Source of the DNA: Candidatus Onthousia excrementipullorum
GTDB lineage: Bacteria; Bacillota_I; Bacilli_A; RF39; UBA660
Direction of reading: 5' to 3'
DNA length: 64,000 nt
Assembly: GCA_018712385.1 (NCBI GenBank)
Contig: DVHC01000055.1
Span: forward strand, 1,448 to 65,447
Shown: one piece after another, positions 19,213 to 29,282 of the stretch
How positions within the stretch are numbered: the stretch's first letter is position 1
Layout of the letters: each line of letters begins with the position of its first letter
Program-made: the position numbers and the translations under genes
Notes under the pieces: generated by a model
The model's input: only the letters and a program-made list of their open reading frames with translations
Databases searched by the model: none
Told to the model about the DNA's origin: nothing

Positions 19213-20687
19213 CAGAACAGGAATTAGTTAGAAGAGATAAAGCTCTTAAGTTAAGAGAATTAGGTTATGATCCTTTTGGTAGTAGATATGATAGAAGTGA
19301 TTATGCTAATGATGTTAAAGAAAAGTATGAAAGTGTAGACCATGATGCTTTTGATAGTATGACTGATACTGTTAAAGTGGCTGGTAGAATTATGTTTATT
19401 AGAAAGATGGGTAAAGCTTCATTTTTCTCTATTAAAGATAAGAGTGGTTCTATTCAAGTATATATATCAATTAATGATGTAGGAGAAGATATCTATACAT
19501 TATTTAAGTCTGCTGATATTGGGGATATTGTTGGTGTTTATGGTAAGGTTATGAAGACAAGAACAGGAGAAGTTACTATTAAGTGTTTAGAATATACACC
19601 TTTAGTTAAAGCTTTAAGACCACTTCCTGAGAAGTTTCATGGACTTACTGATGTTGAAGAAAGATATAGAAGACGTTATGTTGATTTAATGATGAATGAT
19701 GAGTCTAGACGTGTTGCTTTTTTAAGACCTAAGATTATTCGTTCTATTCAAAGCTTTTTAGATAATAGAGATTTTGTTGAAGTTGAAACACCTGTTTTAT
19801 CAACACTTTTAACTGGTGCTTCAGCTCGTCCTTTTGTTACTCATCATAATAGTCAAGACCTTGATATGTACCTTAGAATTGCCTTAGAATTACCTTTAAA
19901 GAGACTTTTAGTTGGAGGTATGGAAAAGGTTTATGAAATAGGTCGTGTCTTTAGAAATGAGGGAATGGATCCTAAACATAATCCAGAGTTTACTCTTATG
20001 GAAGTTTATGAAGCATATTCTGATTTAGAGGGTATGATGGATTTAACAGAAAAGATGTTTGTTAATATTGCCGAGAATGTTATTGGTAAGATGGATTATC
20101 ATTGGAATAATCAAGATATTAACTTAAAAGGACCATGGAAGAGAATTAGTATGGTTGATGCAATTAAAGAAGTAACTGGCATTGACTTTAAAAAAGAAAT
20201 GAGTGTAGATGAGGCTTTAGAACTTGCAAAAGAACATAATATTGAAGTTCAAGAACATGAAAAGACCGTAGGACATATCATAAATCTTTTCTTTGAAAAG
20301 TATGTAGAGGAAACTTTAATTCAACCAACTTTCTTATATGGACATCCAGTAGAGATTTCTCCACTTACTAAGAAAAATAAAGATGATCCTAGATTTGTGG
20401 ATAGATTTGAATTATTTATTGCAGGTAGAGAAATGGCTAATGCTTATACTGAGTTAAATGATCCAGATGATCAGTTAGATAGATTTGAAGAACAATTAAA
20501 AGAAAAGAATTTAGGTAATGCTGAAGCGAATGATATAGATATGGACTTTATTGAAGCCTTAGAATATGGTATGCCTCCTGCTGGTGGTGTAGGTTATGGA
20601 ATAGATAGACTTATAATGTTCTTTACAGAACAAGATAGTATTCGTGATGTTATATTATTCCCTACAATGAAGCCTATTGAGAAGTAG
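19194..20687 (+). CDS. lysS: lysine--tRNA ligase (class II)
   Basis: OB-fold N-terminal domain, VYEIGRVFRNEG, GVGYGIDRLIM class II motifs. Confidence 0.95.
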   Translation: MHERKLTEQELVRRDKALKLRELGYDPFGSRYDRSDYANDVKEKYESVDHDAFDSMTDTVKVAGRIMFIRKMGKASFFSIKDKSGSIQVYISINDVGEDIYTLFKSADIGDIVGVYGKVMKTRTGEVTIKCLEYTPLVKALRPLPEKFHGLTDVEERYRRRYVDLMMNDESRRVAFLRPKIIRSIQSFLDNRDFVEVETPVLSTLLTGASARPFVTHHNSQDLDMYLRIALELPLKRLLVGGMEKVYEIGRVFRNEGMDPKHNPEFTLMEVYEAYSDLEGMMDLTEKMFVNIAENVIGKMDYHWNNQDINLKGPWKRISMVDAIKEVTGIDFKKEMSVDEALELAKEHNIEVQEHEKTVGHIINLFFEKYVEETLIQPTFLYGHPVEISPLTKKNKDDPRFVDRFELFIAGREMANAYTELNDPDDQLDRFEEQLKEKNLGNAEANDIDMDFIEALEYGMPPAGGVGYGIDRLIMFFTEQDSIRDVILFPTMKPIEK

Positions 20688-20696
20688 ATTTAAAAT

Positions 20697-20775
20697 AAAA
20701 AAAACTCTGCCACTACGTATGATGTACTAAGCCTCATACTAACGTCCTAAACGAATAGTGGTACGAGTTTTATAA
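20697..20775 (+). terminator. long imperfect stem-loop after lysS (bidirectional terminator-like)
   Basis: AAAACTC..CCACTA (20701-20715) pairs with TAGTGG..GAGTTTT (20756-20771). Inner hairpin GTATGA/TCATAC. Flanked by an A-run and a T-run. Confidence 0.35.
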
Positions 20776-20865
20776 AAGAAGTAAATATAATTATTAATAG
20801 ATATTTCTTCTTTCTGAAAGTTATTATATTATAGTATATCTTGTATGTCAATTTGTTAAATCGTT

Positions 20866-20896
20866 AAGATAAGAGTTAAATATTCTTATCTTTTTT
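20866..20896 (+). terminator. hairpin plus T-run 17 nt upstream of the amidotransferase start (terminator or leader attenuator)
   Basis: AAGATAAGA (20866-20874) pairs with TCTTATCTT (20884-20892), followed by TTTT. Confidence 0.35.
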
Positions 20897-20912
20897 CATA
20901 TCTTATTTTGAG

Positions 20913-21593
20913 GTGGTTAAGATTAAACCTATTATTGGTATTGTAGGAAGGTTATATAGTGGAGATGCTAATATTATTTGTGTAGAAGAAGTTAGACTTG
21001 CTGTTACGAAATTTGGGGGAATTCCTTTATTAATATTACCTGTTGATAAAGATGAGATGTCTTGTAAAAATCTTTATAGTGAAGAAGAGATTAAAGATTT
21101 AGAGAATGTTCTTAATTTATGTGATGGGTTTATATTACCTGGAGGAGATACTTGGTATCAGTTGGATGAAGTAGTTATTGATTATGCAATTAGGTGTGAT
21201 AAACCATTATTTGCTATATGTTTAGGTATGCAAGCTTTAAGTAAAGTATTAAGTGGAGATGAGAGAATAGGTTATGATAATACTATTAAAAATAATATCT
21301 CTATCAATCATTTAAAACCTAATAAGAATTATGTTCATTCAGTTATTATCGATAAGAATAGTAAACTTTATTCTATTATAGGTGAGAAAGAGATATGGGT
21401 TAATTCTAGACATAGTTATCATGTTCCAGAATTTGATAATACTTTGGTCTGTGCTAGGAGTAGTGATGGACTTATAGAAGGTGTGGAACTTAAAGATAAA
21501 AACTTTATATTAGGTGTACAGTGGCATCCTGAATCTAATTTAGATGATGAATATTCTAAGAGATTATTTAAAGCATTTTTTGATAAATTATAA
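20913..21593 (+). CDS. class I glutamine amidotransferase / peptidase C26 (gamma-glutamyl hydrolase-like)
   Basis: Nucleophile elbow AICLGMQ and VQWHPE motifs. GTG start. Confidence 0.75.
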   Translation: MVKIKPIIGIVGRLYSGDANIICVEEVRLAVTKFGGIPLLILPVDKDEMSCKNLYSEEEIKDLENVLNLCDGFILPGGDTWYQLDEVVIDYAIRCDKPLFAICLGMQALSKVLSGDERIGYDNTIKNNISINHLKPNKNYVHSVIIDKNSKLYSIIGEKEIWVNSRHSYHVPEFDNTLVCARSSDGLIEGVELKDKNFILGVQWHPESNLDDEYSKRLFKAFFDKL

Positions 21594-21630
21594 AATTCAC
21601 AAAAGTTTCACAAAAAAAGTCGTCAAAAGC

Positions 21631-21659
21631 TTGTAAACTAAAGGAATTCTTCGTATAAT
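21631..21659 (+). promoter_or_regulatory. sigma-A-like promoter of the transporter gene
   Basis: TTGTAA (21631-21636), 17 nt, TATAAT (21654-21659). Confidence 0.5.
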
Positions 21660-21682
21660 TATAGTTGGAAGGAGAGAAAGAT

Positions 21683-23113
21683 ATGAAAAAGCATAATACA
21701 CTTAAAGTTGTTATTATAACATTACTTTTATTTGCTTTACTAACATGGATTTTACCTTGTGCAACTTATCAAACTGAGTATACAGAACTTGGTAGATATC
21801 AAGTTGGATTATTCGATATATTATCATATCAATCAACTGTATTTGGTTACTTTGGTTATGTTGCTCTATTTGTATTAGTTGTTGGTGGTTTCTATGGTGT
21901 TTTATATAAAACTGGAGCATATAGAAGAATGCTAGATAGTCTAGTTAAGAAGTTTAAAGGTAAAGAAGTAATATGCCTTGTTGTTATTATGGCTTTATTT
22001 GCATTTTTAACTTCATTTGCAGGACTACAATTAGCATTGTTAATGTTATTCCCATTTGTTATTTCTTTAGTACTTATGATGGGATACAATAAAGTAGCTG
22101 CTACTGCTGTTACTGCAGGTAGTGTTGCTGTAGGTTTAATGGGAACAACATTTTCTTATAATACAACTCAAGTATTACAACAATACTTATCAGTAGAACT
22201 TACAGATTTGATTTGGGCTAAAATTGTTCTTTTAGTATTAGGTGTAGTAATGCTAGCTTTATTTACATTAAAATTTGGTAAGAAAGCTAGTACTAAAAAG
22301 TGTGATGATAAAGAAGATTTTATCCCAGAGGAAGTTAAGGTTGAGAAAGCTAAAGACAAAGATAAAGGTAAAAAACATAAAGTTAGAGTATGGCCATTAG
22401 TTTTAATCTTAGATTTAATGCTAATAGTTACAATTTTAGGTTTTATTCCTTGGAATAGTGCTTTCGGTATAACTTTATTTGATGATGTAACTACTGCTAT
22501 TACAGAGTTTGAATTATTTGGTTTCCCTATCTTTGGTAAGATTTTAGGGGCAATCAGTGCTTTTGGATATTGGACTTTAGTAGAGGTAGTAACTCTAATG
22601 TTACTTGCTATCATTATCCTTAAATTTGTTTATAAAATTAAATGGGATGATGTATTTGATGGATTTGGTAAAGGTGTTAAAAAAGCATTAGTACCTGCTT
22701 TAATTGTAATACTAATCTATACATGTTTAGTACTTACTACTTATGATCCATATCAATTAGTTATCTATAAATTTATTTTAGGATTAACTAAAGGATTTAA
22801 TATCTTTACTACTGGTTTAGTTGTAGTTATTTCTAGTATCTTTAATGGTGATCCACTTTATGCATTCTATAGTGTGTTACCATACTTTGTAAGTGTTGTT
22901 ACTGATACTAATAACTATCAACTTATTGCTGTAATATTCCAGAGCTTATATGGTATTGTTACGCTAGTAGCACCTACTAGTATTCCACTTATGTTAACTC
23001 TTGCTTATACTAATACTTCTTATAAAGATTGGTTTAAGTATATTTGGAAATTATTAGTAGCTTTACTTGTATTAGCATTTATAGTATTTACAGTATTATT
23101 ACTAGTAATTTAG
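21683..23113 (+). CDS. YfcC/DcuC-like polytopic membrane transporter
   Basis: About 12 hydrophobic segments with a central charged loop (KKCDDKEDFIPEEVKVEKAKDKDKGKK). Family assignment is by overall resemblance only. Confidence 0.5.
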   Translation: MKKHNTLKVVIITLLLFALLTWILPCATYQTEYTELGRYQVGLFDILSYQSTVFGYFGYVALFVLVVGGFYGVLYKTGAYRRMLDSLVKKFKGKEVICLVVIMALFAFLTSFAGLQLALLMLFPFVISLVLMMGYNKVAATAVTAGSVAVGLMGTTFSYNTTQVLQQYLSVELTDLIWAKIVLLVLGVVMLALFTLKFGKKASTKKCDDKEDFIPEEVKVEKAKDKDKGKKHKVRVWPLVLILDLMLIVTILGFIPWNSAFGITLFDDVTTAITEFELFGFPIFGKILGAISAFGYWTLVEVVTLMLLAIIILKFVYKIKWDDVFDGFGKGVKKALVPALIVILIYTCLVLTTYDPYQLVIYKFILGLTKGFNIFTTGLVVVISSIFNGDPLYAFYSVLPYFVSVVTDTNNYQLIAVIFQSLYGIVTLVAPTSIPLMLTLAYTNTSYKDWFKYIWKLLVALLVLAFIVFTVLLLVI

Positions 23114-23121
23114 TAATTATT

Positions 23122-23143
23122 GACCCTTAGGGGTCTTTTTTTT
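23122..23143 (+). terminator. rho-independent terminator
   Basis: GACCC-TTAG-GGGTC hairpin followed by T8. Confidence 0.7.
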
Positions 23144-23219
23144 GTCAGTTTTTTGGGGCTTCTATTTCTTGATTAAAGTAAGTAAAAATCTTTACAATAA
23201 TATTGATTGGAGGAATTTT

Positions 23220-25508
23220 ATGTTTTCAAGATTTAGTGAAGAAGCACAGAAAGCTTTGATACTTGCTAAAAAAGAGATGAATAATTTAAGACATCCTTAT
23301 GTTGGAAGTGAGCATTTATTTCTTTCGATACTTTCAATGAAGGATTTAGAGATAACTAAAGTACTAGCTTCTTACAACATAACTTATGAAGTGTTTAAGA
23401 GTGAACTTATAAGAATAGTTGGAGTTGGTAAGAATGCAAATCAGTGGTTTTTATATACTCCTTTGTTAAAGAGAGTAATAGAGACGGCGATACTAAATAG
23501 TAAAGAAAAAGGTGAAGTAGAAGTAAGTGTTAATGAGTTGTTGCTCGCAATACTTGAAGAAGGAGAAGGAGTAGCGATTAGGCTTTTGATTGGTCTTAAT
23601 ATAGATGTGGATGAGATATATAATTCTATATCAAAAGATTCTAAAGTTAGCAATAAAGCGATACATAAGAAGTTACTTGTAGAGGACTTTGCTGTTAATC
23701 TTAATAAAAAAGTAGTGGGTAATGAAGTTGACCCTGTTATAGGAAGAGATGATGAGATTAAAAGCCTAATAGAAATATTATGCCGAAGAGGTAAGAATAA
23801 TCCTTTACTAATTGGAGAAGCAGGAGTAGGGAAGACGGCTATTGTTGAAGAGCTTGCTAGAAGAATAGTAGAAGGTAATGTTCCTAAACCTCTTAAAGGG
23901 AAAACTATTCTTTCTCTTCCTATGGCTAATTTAGTAGCAGGGACAAAATATCGAGGGGAGTTTGAAGAGAGAGTTTCTAAGATATTAAAAGAACTTGAAG
24001 AAAATGATGATATTATTGTCTTTATTGATGAAGTACATACGATAGTAGGGGCAGGTGGGGCGGAAGGAGCGATAGATGCTTCTAACATTATTAAACCTGC
24101 TTTAGCAAGAGGAAAGATACAATTAATTGGAGCGACTACTACTTATGAATATCATAACTTTATAGAAAAAGATAAAGCCTTGAATAGAAGGTTTCAAATT
24201 ATCATGATAGAAGAACCTACTAAAGATAAGACTAAAGAAATATTAAAAAAACTAAAGCCTTTGTATGAAGCATATCACTTTGTTAGTATTAGTGATGATA
24301 TTATAGATTTAATAGTAGAGCTTTCTAGTACTTATATATATGAGTATTATCAGCCTGATAAATCTATAGATATCTTAGATGAAGTTTGTACTAAGGCATC
24401 ACTATTAGAAAGTAAGAATGATACGGAACTTTTAAAAATCAATACAAAGCTTCAAGAAGTTATAAGTAATAAGAAGAAAGCGATTATTAAACAGGACTTT
24501 GATTTAGCTTCTACTTATAAAGAAAAAGAAAAAGAACTGCTTACTAAGAAGAATGAGTTAGAACTTAATTTAATGACTAAGAGAAAGGCTAAAAAGATTA
24601 CTAAGGAAATGGTGGCAGATGTTATATATCTAAAGACTAAGATACCTGTTTATGAGATTAATAAGAGTAGTAGAAAGATTATAAATGACTTAGATAAAAA
24701 CTTAAAGAAGGCGGTTTTAGGACAGGATGAGATTATTACTGATTTGTGTAATAGGGTTAAGAAGGTTAGACTTGGTTTTCAAGAAAAACCGCATATAGAA
24801 TCTTTTTTATTCTGCGGTAGAACTGGAGTTGGTAAGACTTTATTAGTTAAAGAGTTTGCAAAACTTCTATATGGGGAATCTAACTTTATTAGACTTGATA
24901 TGAGTGAATATAAAGAGGCTCATACGGTTAGTAAAATTATTGGTTCTCCTCCAGGTTATGTTGGTTTTGATAATCATTTAACTATTCTTGATACGATTAG
25001 AATGCATCCTCATTCTGTGGTATTACTTGATGAGATAGAGAAGGCTTCTAGCGAAGTTATGAAACTGTTTTTACAAGTGCTTGATGAAGGAGTTTTGACT
25101 GACTCTCGAGGTAGAAAGGTTAGATTTGATAATGTGTTTTTGTTTATGACTACTAATTTAGGGTATTCTAATGACTCTATAGGTTTTACAGATAGTAAGA
25201 ACAATGTCGATATAGAAGAGTTTTTAGGTGTGGAATTTGTTAATAGAATAGGTAAGATTTATTACTTTAATGATATAAGTAGTGATGTTATTCACAAAAT
25301 TGTGGAAAAAAGATTAAATGTCTTAATAGAAGGATTTAAAAAGAAAGATTTAAAGATAAAGATATCCCCAACAATTGTGGATAAAGTTATAGAGGAAAGT
25401 AATTATGAAAAGTTTGGAGCGAGAAGGGTTGATAAAGTTATAGATGAAGTGGTTACTCCTATTATTGTTGATGCATGGTATAATGGTAAGAAAGAGATAA
25501 CAGTCTGA
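23220..25508 (+). CDS. clpC: ATP-dependent Clp protease ATP-binding subunit ClpC
   Basis: MFSRFSEEAQKAL Clp-N start. Two AAA modules (GEAGVGKTA; GRTGVGKT) and a UVR-like linker. GGAGG RBS precedes ATG 23220. Confidence 0.93.
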   Translation: MFSRFSEEAQKALILAKKEMNNLRHPYVGSEHLFLSILSMKDLEITKVLASYNITYEVFKSELIRIVGVGKNANQWFLYTPLLKRVIETAILNSKEKGEVEVSVNELLLAILEEGEGVAIRLLIGLNIDVDEIYNSISKDSKVSNKAIHKKLLVEDFAVNLNKKVVGNEVDPVIGRDDEIKSLIEILCRRGKNNPLLIGEAGVGKTAIVEELARRIVEGNVPKPLKGKTILSLPMANLVAGTKYRGEFEERVSKILKELEENDDIIVFIDEVHTIVGAGGAEGAIDASNIIKPALARGKIQLIGATTTYEYHNFIEKDKALNRRFQIIMIEEPTKDKTKEILKKLKPLYEAYHFVSISDDIIDLIVELSSTYIYEYYQPDKSIDILDEVCTKASLLESKNDTELLKINTKLQEVISNKKKAIIKQDFDLASTYKEKEKELLTKKNELELNLMTKRKAKKITKEMVADVIYLKTKIPVYEINKSSRKIINDLDKNLKKAVLGQDEIITDLCNRVKKVRLGFQEKPHIESFLFCGRTGVGKTLLVKEFAKLLYGESNFIRLDMSEYKEAHTVSKIIGSPPGYVGFDNHLTILDTIRMHPHSVVLLDEIEKASSEVMKLFLQVLDEGVLTDSRGRKVRFDNVFLFMTTNLGYSNDSIGFTDSKNNVDIEEFLGVEFVNRIGKIYYFNDISSDVIHKIVEKRLNVLIEGFKKKDLKIKISPTIVDKVIEESNYEKFGARRVDKVIDEVVTPIIVDAWYNGKKEITV

Positions 25509-25642
25509 CTAATTTAATATAACAGTGTTGACTATTTTAATATGATAGTATTGACTATTTTAATATGGTATTATTGACTAATTTAATATGTATATATTGT
25601 CTAATTTAACACAAGTATATTGACTTTTGTAATATTTAAATG
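25505..25642 (+). repeat. six contiguous 23-bp direct repeats (TTGACTAWTTTAATAT core)
   Basis: Core starts at 25505, 25528, 25551, 25574, 25597 and 25620, an exact 23-bp period, between the clpC stop and the ATPase start. Confidence 0.85.
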
Positions 25643-25662
25643 TATTATTAAAGTGAAAGGCA

Positions 25663-26904
25663 GTGATGATTATGTATCCAAGAGAAGCGAAAGAGATAAT
25701 TAAAAATATCAGTAAAACATTTAAAGTTTTATTAGTTACAGGGCCAAGACAAGTTGGGAAGACTACACTTTTACTTAGTTTAAAGCCTGATAATATGGAA
25801 TATATAACTTTGGATGATGAAGTTTTAAGGGAACAAGCGAAGAGTGATCCTAAATTATTTTTAGAAGAACATCCTGCTCCTTTACTTATTGATGAAGTAC
25901 AATATGCTCCTAATTTATTTTCTTATATTAAAATAAATGTTGATAGAGAAAATAAAAAAGGTATGTACTGGTTAACAGGTTCGCAACAATTTCATTTGAT
26001 GAAAAATGTTAGTGAGTCATTAGCAGGACGTGTTGGTATTATTAATTTAAATAGTTTTATGTATTCGGAGATAGTTAAAAATGAAAGGAAAGAGTTATTT
26101 GATCCTGCTAAGTTAGATGAGTATAAAACAATGCCTAAGATAGATGTTAATAAATTATATGAGATAATATTTAAGGGTGGTATGCCTACACTTTATATGG
26201 AAAAAGATTTATCTCGTGATATTTATTTTAGTAGTTATCTTGAAACTTATATTTCTCGGGATGTTAAAGAATTAACAGAGATAGGAAATGAACTTAGTTT
26301 TAGAAAATTTATTGTAAGTGTGGCTTCAAGAACAGGAGAACAACTTAATTATACGGCTCTTGCTAACGATGCTTTGATTAGTGTTCCAACTGCAGTTAGA
26401 TGGATGAGTATTTTAGTAACATCTGGACTTGTTTATTTACTTGAACCTTATATGAATAGTAAACTTAAAAGAATAACCCATTTACCTAAAATCGTATTTA
26501 TGGATACAGGTCTTGCTGCTTATTTAGCAGGATATACTAGTGCAAGAGAGTTACAGCTTGGTTCTAGTTCAGGACATTATTTAGAAACATTTATTGTTAG
26601 TGAGATAATTAAAGCATATAATGCTAGAGGAATTACTCCTAATCTTTATTATTATCGTGATAAAGAGAAAAACGAAATAGACTTAATATTTTATAAGAAT
26701 AATAAGTTATATCCTTTAGAAATTAAAAAGACTGCTATTCCTAAAAAAGAAATGATTAAGAATTTTAGTAAGTTAGAGAAAACTAAAAAAGAAATAGGTA
26801 CTGGAGGAATAATATGTTTTTATGATACTTTGACTAAATTAGATGAAAATAATTATATTATACCTGTTTCTAATGTTATTAATTATAGTGAGTCTCAAGA
26901 TTAA
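25663..26904 (+). CDS. AAA-family ATPase with DUF4143-type C-terminal domain
   Basis: Walker A GPRQVGKTT, LLIDEVQ Walker B, EIDLIF...PLEIK restriction-endonuclease-like tail. The true start may be ATG 25666 or 25672. Confidence 0.75.
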   Translation: MMIMYPREAKEIIKNISKTFKVLLVTGPRQVGKTTLLLSLKPDNMEYITLDDEVLREQAKSDPKLFLEEHPAPLLIDEVQYAPNLFSYIKINVDRENKKGMYWLTGSQQFHLMKNVSESLAGRVGIINLNSFMYSEIVKNERKELFDPAKLDEYKTMPKIDVNKLYEIIFKGGMPTLYMEKDLSRDIYFSSYLETYISRDVKELTEIGNELSFRKFIVSVASRTGEQLNYTALANDALISVPTAVRWMSILVTSGLVYLLEPYMNSKLKRITHLPKIVFMDTGLAAYLAGYTSARELQLGSSSGHYLETFIVSEIIKAYNARGITPNLYYYRDKEKNEIDLIFYKNNKLYPLEIKKTAIPKKEMIKNFSKLEKTKKEIGTGGIICFYDTLTKLDENNYIIPVSNVINYSESQD

Positions 26905-26928
26905 ACTCTTGAGGCTTATTTGGTTGAG

Positions 26929-27000
26929 TATAGAATAAAGTGTACAATAAAGTAGATTATAAAGTGGACTATAAACTATACAATAAACTATATAATAAAG
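26929..27000 (+). repeat. six contiguous 12-bp direct repeats (ATAAAG/C core)
   Basis: ATAAAG/ATAAAC at 26935, 26947, 26959, 26971, 26983 and 26995, an exact 12-bp period, just after the ATPase terminator hairpin (~26892-26925). Confidence 0.8.
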
Positions 27001-27150
27001 TAGATATATATAATGTAATAATATTATAAAAAATGATATATTTAGACTTATTTGTTATAGAAAAAGATATGATAATAAGATATAATATGGGTAAGTAAAT
27101 GCAAAGGAGGTGTTATTATTTTAGACACTAATTTTAATCAGATAATTGAA

Positions 27151-28113
27151 ATGATTGAAAAGAGAAAAAATAATGCATATAGAAAAGTAAATGAAGAAAT
27201 GATTTTACTATATTTAGAAGTTGGCAAGTTTTTGTACGAATTAAAACAAAATAGTGCTTATGGTGATAAAATTACTACAAAAGCTGCCGAATTTATGAAG
27301 AATAATTATCCTAATATACGAGGATTTACTAAACGAAATATAGAGCGAATGGTTCAATTTTATAGTACGTATAAAGATGATGAGATTGCGACACCACTGG
27401 TGACGCAATTGTCATGGACAAACAATCTTCTTATTTTAAGTGGTTCTAAAACGAAAGAAGAAAGGCATTTTTATCTACAATTATCTATAAAGAATAATTA
27501 TTCTAAACGTGAATTAGATAGACAGATTACGTCATCTTATTATGAAAGGTATATGCTTTCTAGTGGAAAACAATTACCAACAGTTACAAAAACTATTGAT
27601 GAAGAAGATTATCCTAATACAAGAATTTTAGATACCTACAGCTTGGAATTTTTGGATTTACCTAAAGAATTTTCTGAAAAAGATTTAAAAAATGCTATTA
27701 TTAAAAATTTAAAAGATTTTATTTTAGAAGTAGGGAAAGATTTTACTTTTATTGGAGATGAGTATAGAGTTCAAGTTGGCAACCATGACTTTTTTATAGA
27801 TTTGTTATTTTATAATAGAGAGTTATCTTGTTTAGTAGCTTTTGAATTGAAATTAGGAGAATTTAAAGCAGAATATTTAGGGAAAATGAACTTATATCTA
27901 GAAGCATTAGACAGAGATGTTAAAAAAGAACAAGAAAATCCTAGTGTTGGAGTTATTCTTTGTAGTTCTAAAGATAAAGATGTTGTAGAATACTCACTTA
28001 GTAAGAATATGTCTCAAACTTTAATTTCTGAATATAAATTAAAGCTTATTGATAAGAAATTATTAGAAACAAAATTAAAAGAAATGAAATTACTAATAGA
28101 AAATAATGAATGA
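27151..28113 (+). CDS. PDDEXK nuclease, DUF1016/YhcG family
   Basis: GDEYRV..G...FFIDLLFYNRELSCLVAFELKLGEFK is the PD-(D/E)xK core typical of YhcG. The frame is open upstream to 27079 and AGGAGG lies at 27105-27110, so a non-ATG start near 27118 is possible. Confidence 0.7.
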   Translation: MIEKRKNNAYRKVNEEMILLYLEVGKFLYELKQNSAYGDKITTKAAEFMKNNYPNIRGFTKRNIERMVQFYSTYKDDEIATPLVTQLSWTNNLLILSGSKTKEERHFYLQLSIKNNYSKRELDRQITSSYYERYMLSSGKQLPTVTKTIDEEDYPNTRILDTYSLEFLDLPKEFSEKDLKNAIIKNLKDFILEVGKDFTFIGDEYRVQVGNHDFFIDLLFYNRELSCLVAFELKLGEFKAEYLGKMNLYLEALDRDVKKEQENPSVGVILCSSKDKDVVEYSLSKNMSQTLISEYKLKLIDKKLLETKLKEMKLLIENNE

Positions 28114-28138
28114 TATTTTTTGAGAGGAGATATTTATT

Positions 28139-28483
28139 ATGATTTATGTAAGCAAAGAAAAGGCAGAGTTTTTTGGTAATGATGATAAGTCTGGTTTTCA
28201 ATATCCTATATTCGATAAAGATTTGGATTTATCTATTATTAAAATAAATGGAAGAAGTCCTAAAACAGGTTATCAAACTAATACTATATGTAAAGAATTG
28301 CTTTACATTATGTCTGGTAATGGCATTTTAGAAGTTAAAGGTAAGGATGAGATAATAGAGTTTAAAACTGGTGATGTAATTCTACTTGATAAAAATGAAT
28401 GCTATGCTTTTGAAGGTGAGTTTGAAGCCCTTGTGCCTTGTACACCTGCTTGGACTAGTGAACAGCATAAATACGTAGATTAG
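28139..28483 (+). CDS. cupin-domain protein
   Basis: Small beta-barrel pattern G.G.LEV.G....F..GDVILLDKNE.Y.FEG. Confidence 0.55.
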   Translation: MIYVSKEKAEFFGNDDKSGFQYPIFDKDLDLSIIKINGRSPKTGYQTNTICKELLYIMSGNGILEVKGKDEIIEFKTGDVILLDKNECYAFEGEFEALVPCTPAWTSEQHKYVD

Positions 28484-28512
28484 CATATAAAATTATATTT
28501 AGGGAGGTAAAA

Positions 28513-29223
28513 ATGAATTCAAGTTTTTATGAAATAAGTAGTGTTGTTTTAGGACTACGAAGTGAATATCAGAGAATGGAAAGTAAATTACAAGAATTAA
28601 GTAAATATGCAAGGATTGATAGTCAATACGATAATTTGCATTTTTCACTTAATAATAGAAATATTAATTATGATTTTACAAGCAAGAATAAAAGTCCTAA
28701 CAGGATAGTATCAAGTACTTTGTTTGGATCTTATGTAGCAAAGAAAAATGGGAATTTTATTTCTGATAAAGCTTTAGAAATTATTAATAGTGACAAATTT
28801 AATGTGGTGGCAAGAGATATTTTAGATGATGAATTTTGTAGTAATATTGAGTTATCTACAATGCGTACAGATTTAGCTTTTAGAAATCAAGTAGTTAAAA
28901 TAAATATTCATTCTGGAAGTATTCATATTTGTTTAGAAAATATTTTAAAGATGAAAAAACCAATTATTTTGTCTTATTATGCAGATAAAGATGAAATTTA
29001 TTTTAAAAAAGTAAAAGGTATTTTAACTGAACATGATATTAATAGAGTGTTAGGAGTTTTAGTGACTAAAAGTGCATTTACTAGTTATCATAGAAAATTA
29101 ATAGATGGTAGTTGTGATAAAAATGTTGATGTAGTAATGAATCGAAGATTAAGTAATAGTTGTAATTTTGATATTGTAGAAGAAAGTGATAAGTATGTTT
29201 TACAAAAGAAGAAATCGTTATAG
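28513..29223 (+). CDS. hypothetical protein, paralogue A
   Basis: Good RBS (GGGAGG). Shares LGLRSEYQRM, SGSIHICLEN, SYHRKLIDGS and NFDIVEESDKYVL blocks with the next gene. Confidence 0.5.
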   Translation: MNSSFYEISSVVLGLRSEYQRMESKLQELSKYARIDSQYDNLHFSLNNRNINYDFTSKNKSPNRIVSSTLFGSYVAKKNGNFISDKALEIINSDKFNVVARDILDDEFCSNIELSTMRTDLAFRNQVVKINIHSGSIHICLENILKMKKPIILSYYADKDEIYFKKVKGILTEHDINRVLGVLVTKSAFTSYHRKLIDGSCDKNVDVVMNRRLSNSCNFDIVEESDKYVLQKKKSL

Positions 29224-29282
29224 TTTGTAGTGAAAAAATATAATAAATAATAAAGTAAAAATGAGCGAGGTGAAAAAACTGT

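Noticed and set aside
25505-25642. The 23-bp repeats containing TTGACT...TAATAT as a stack of promoters, or as a mini-CRISPR.
   Set aside because: TTGACT to TAATAT spacing is only ~4-5 nt, so these are not -35/-10 pairs. The units are contiguous with no spacers. They are kept as an unexplained repeat array.
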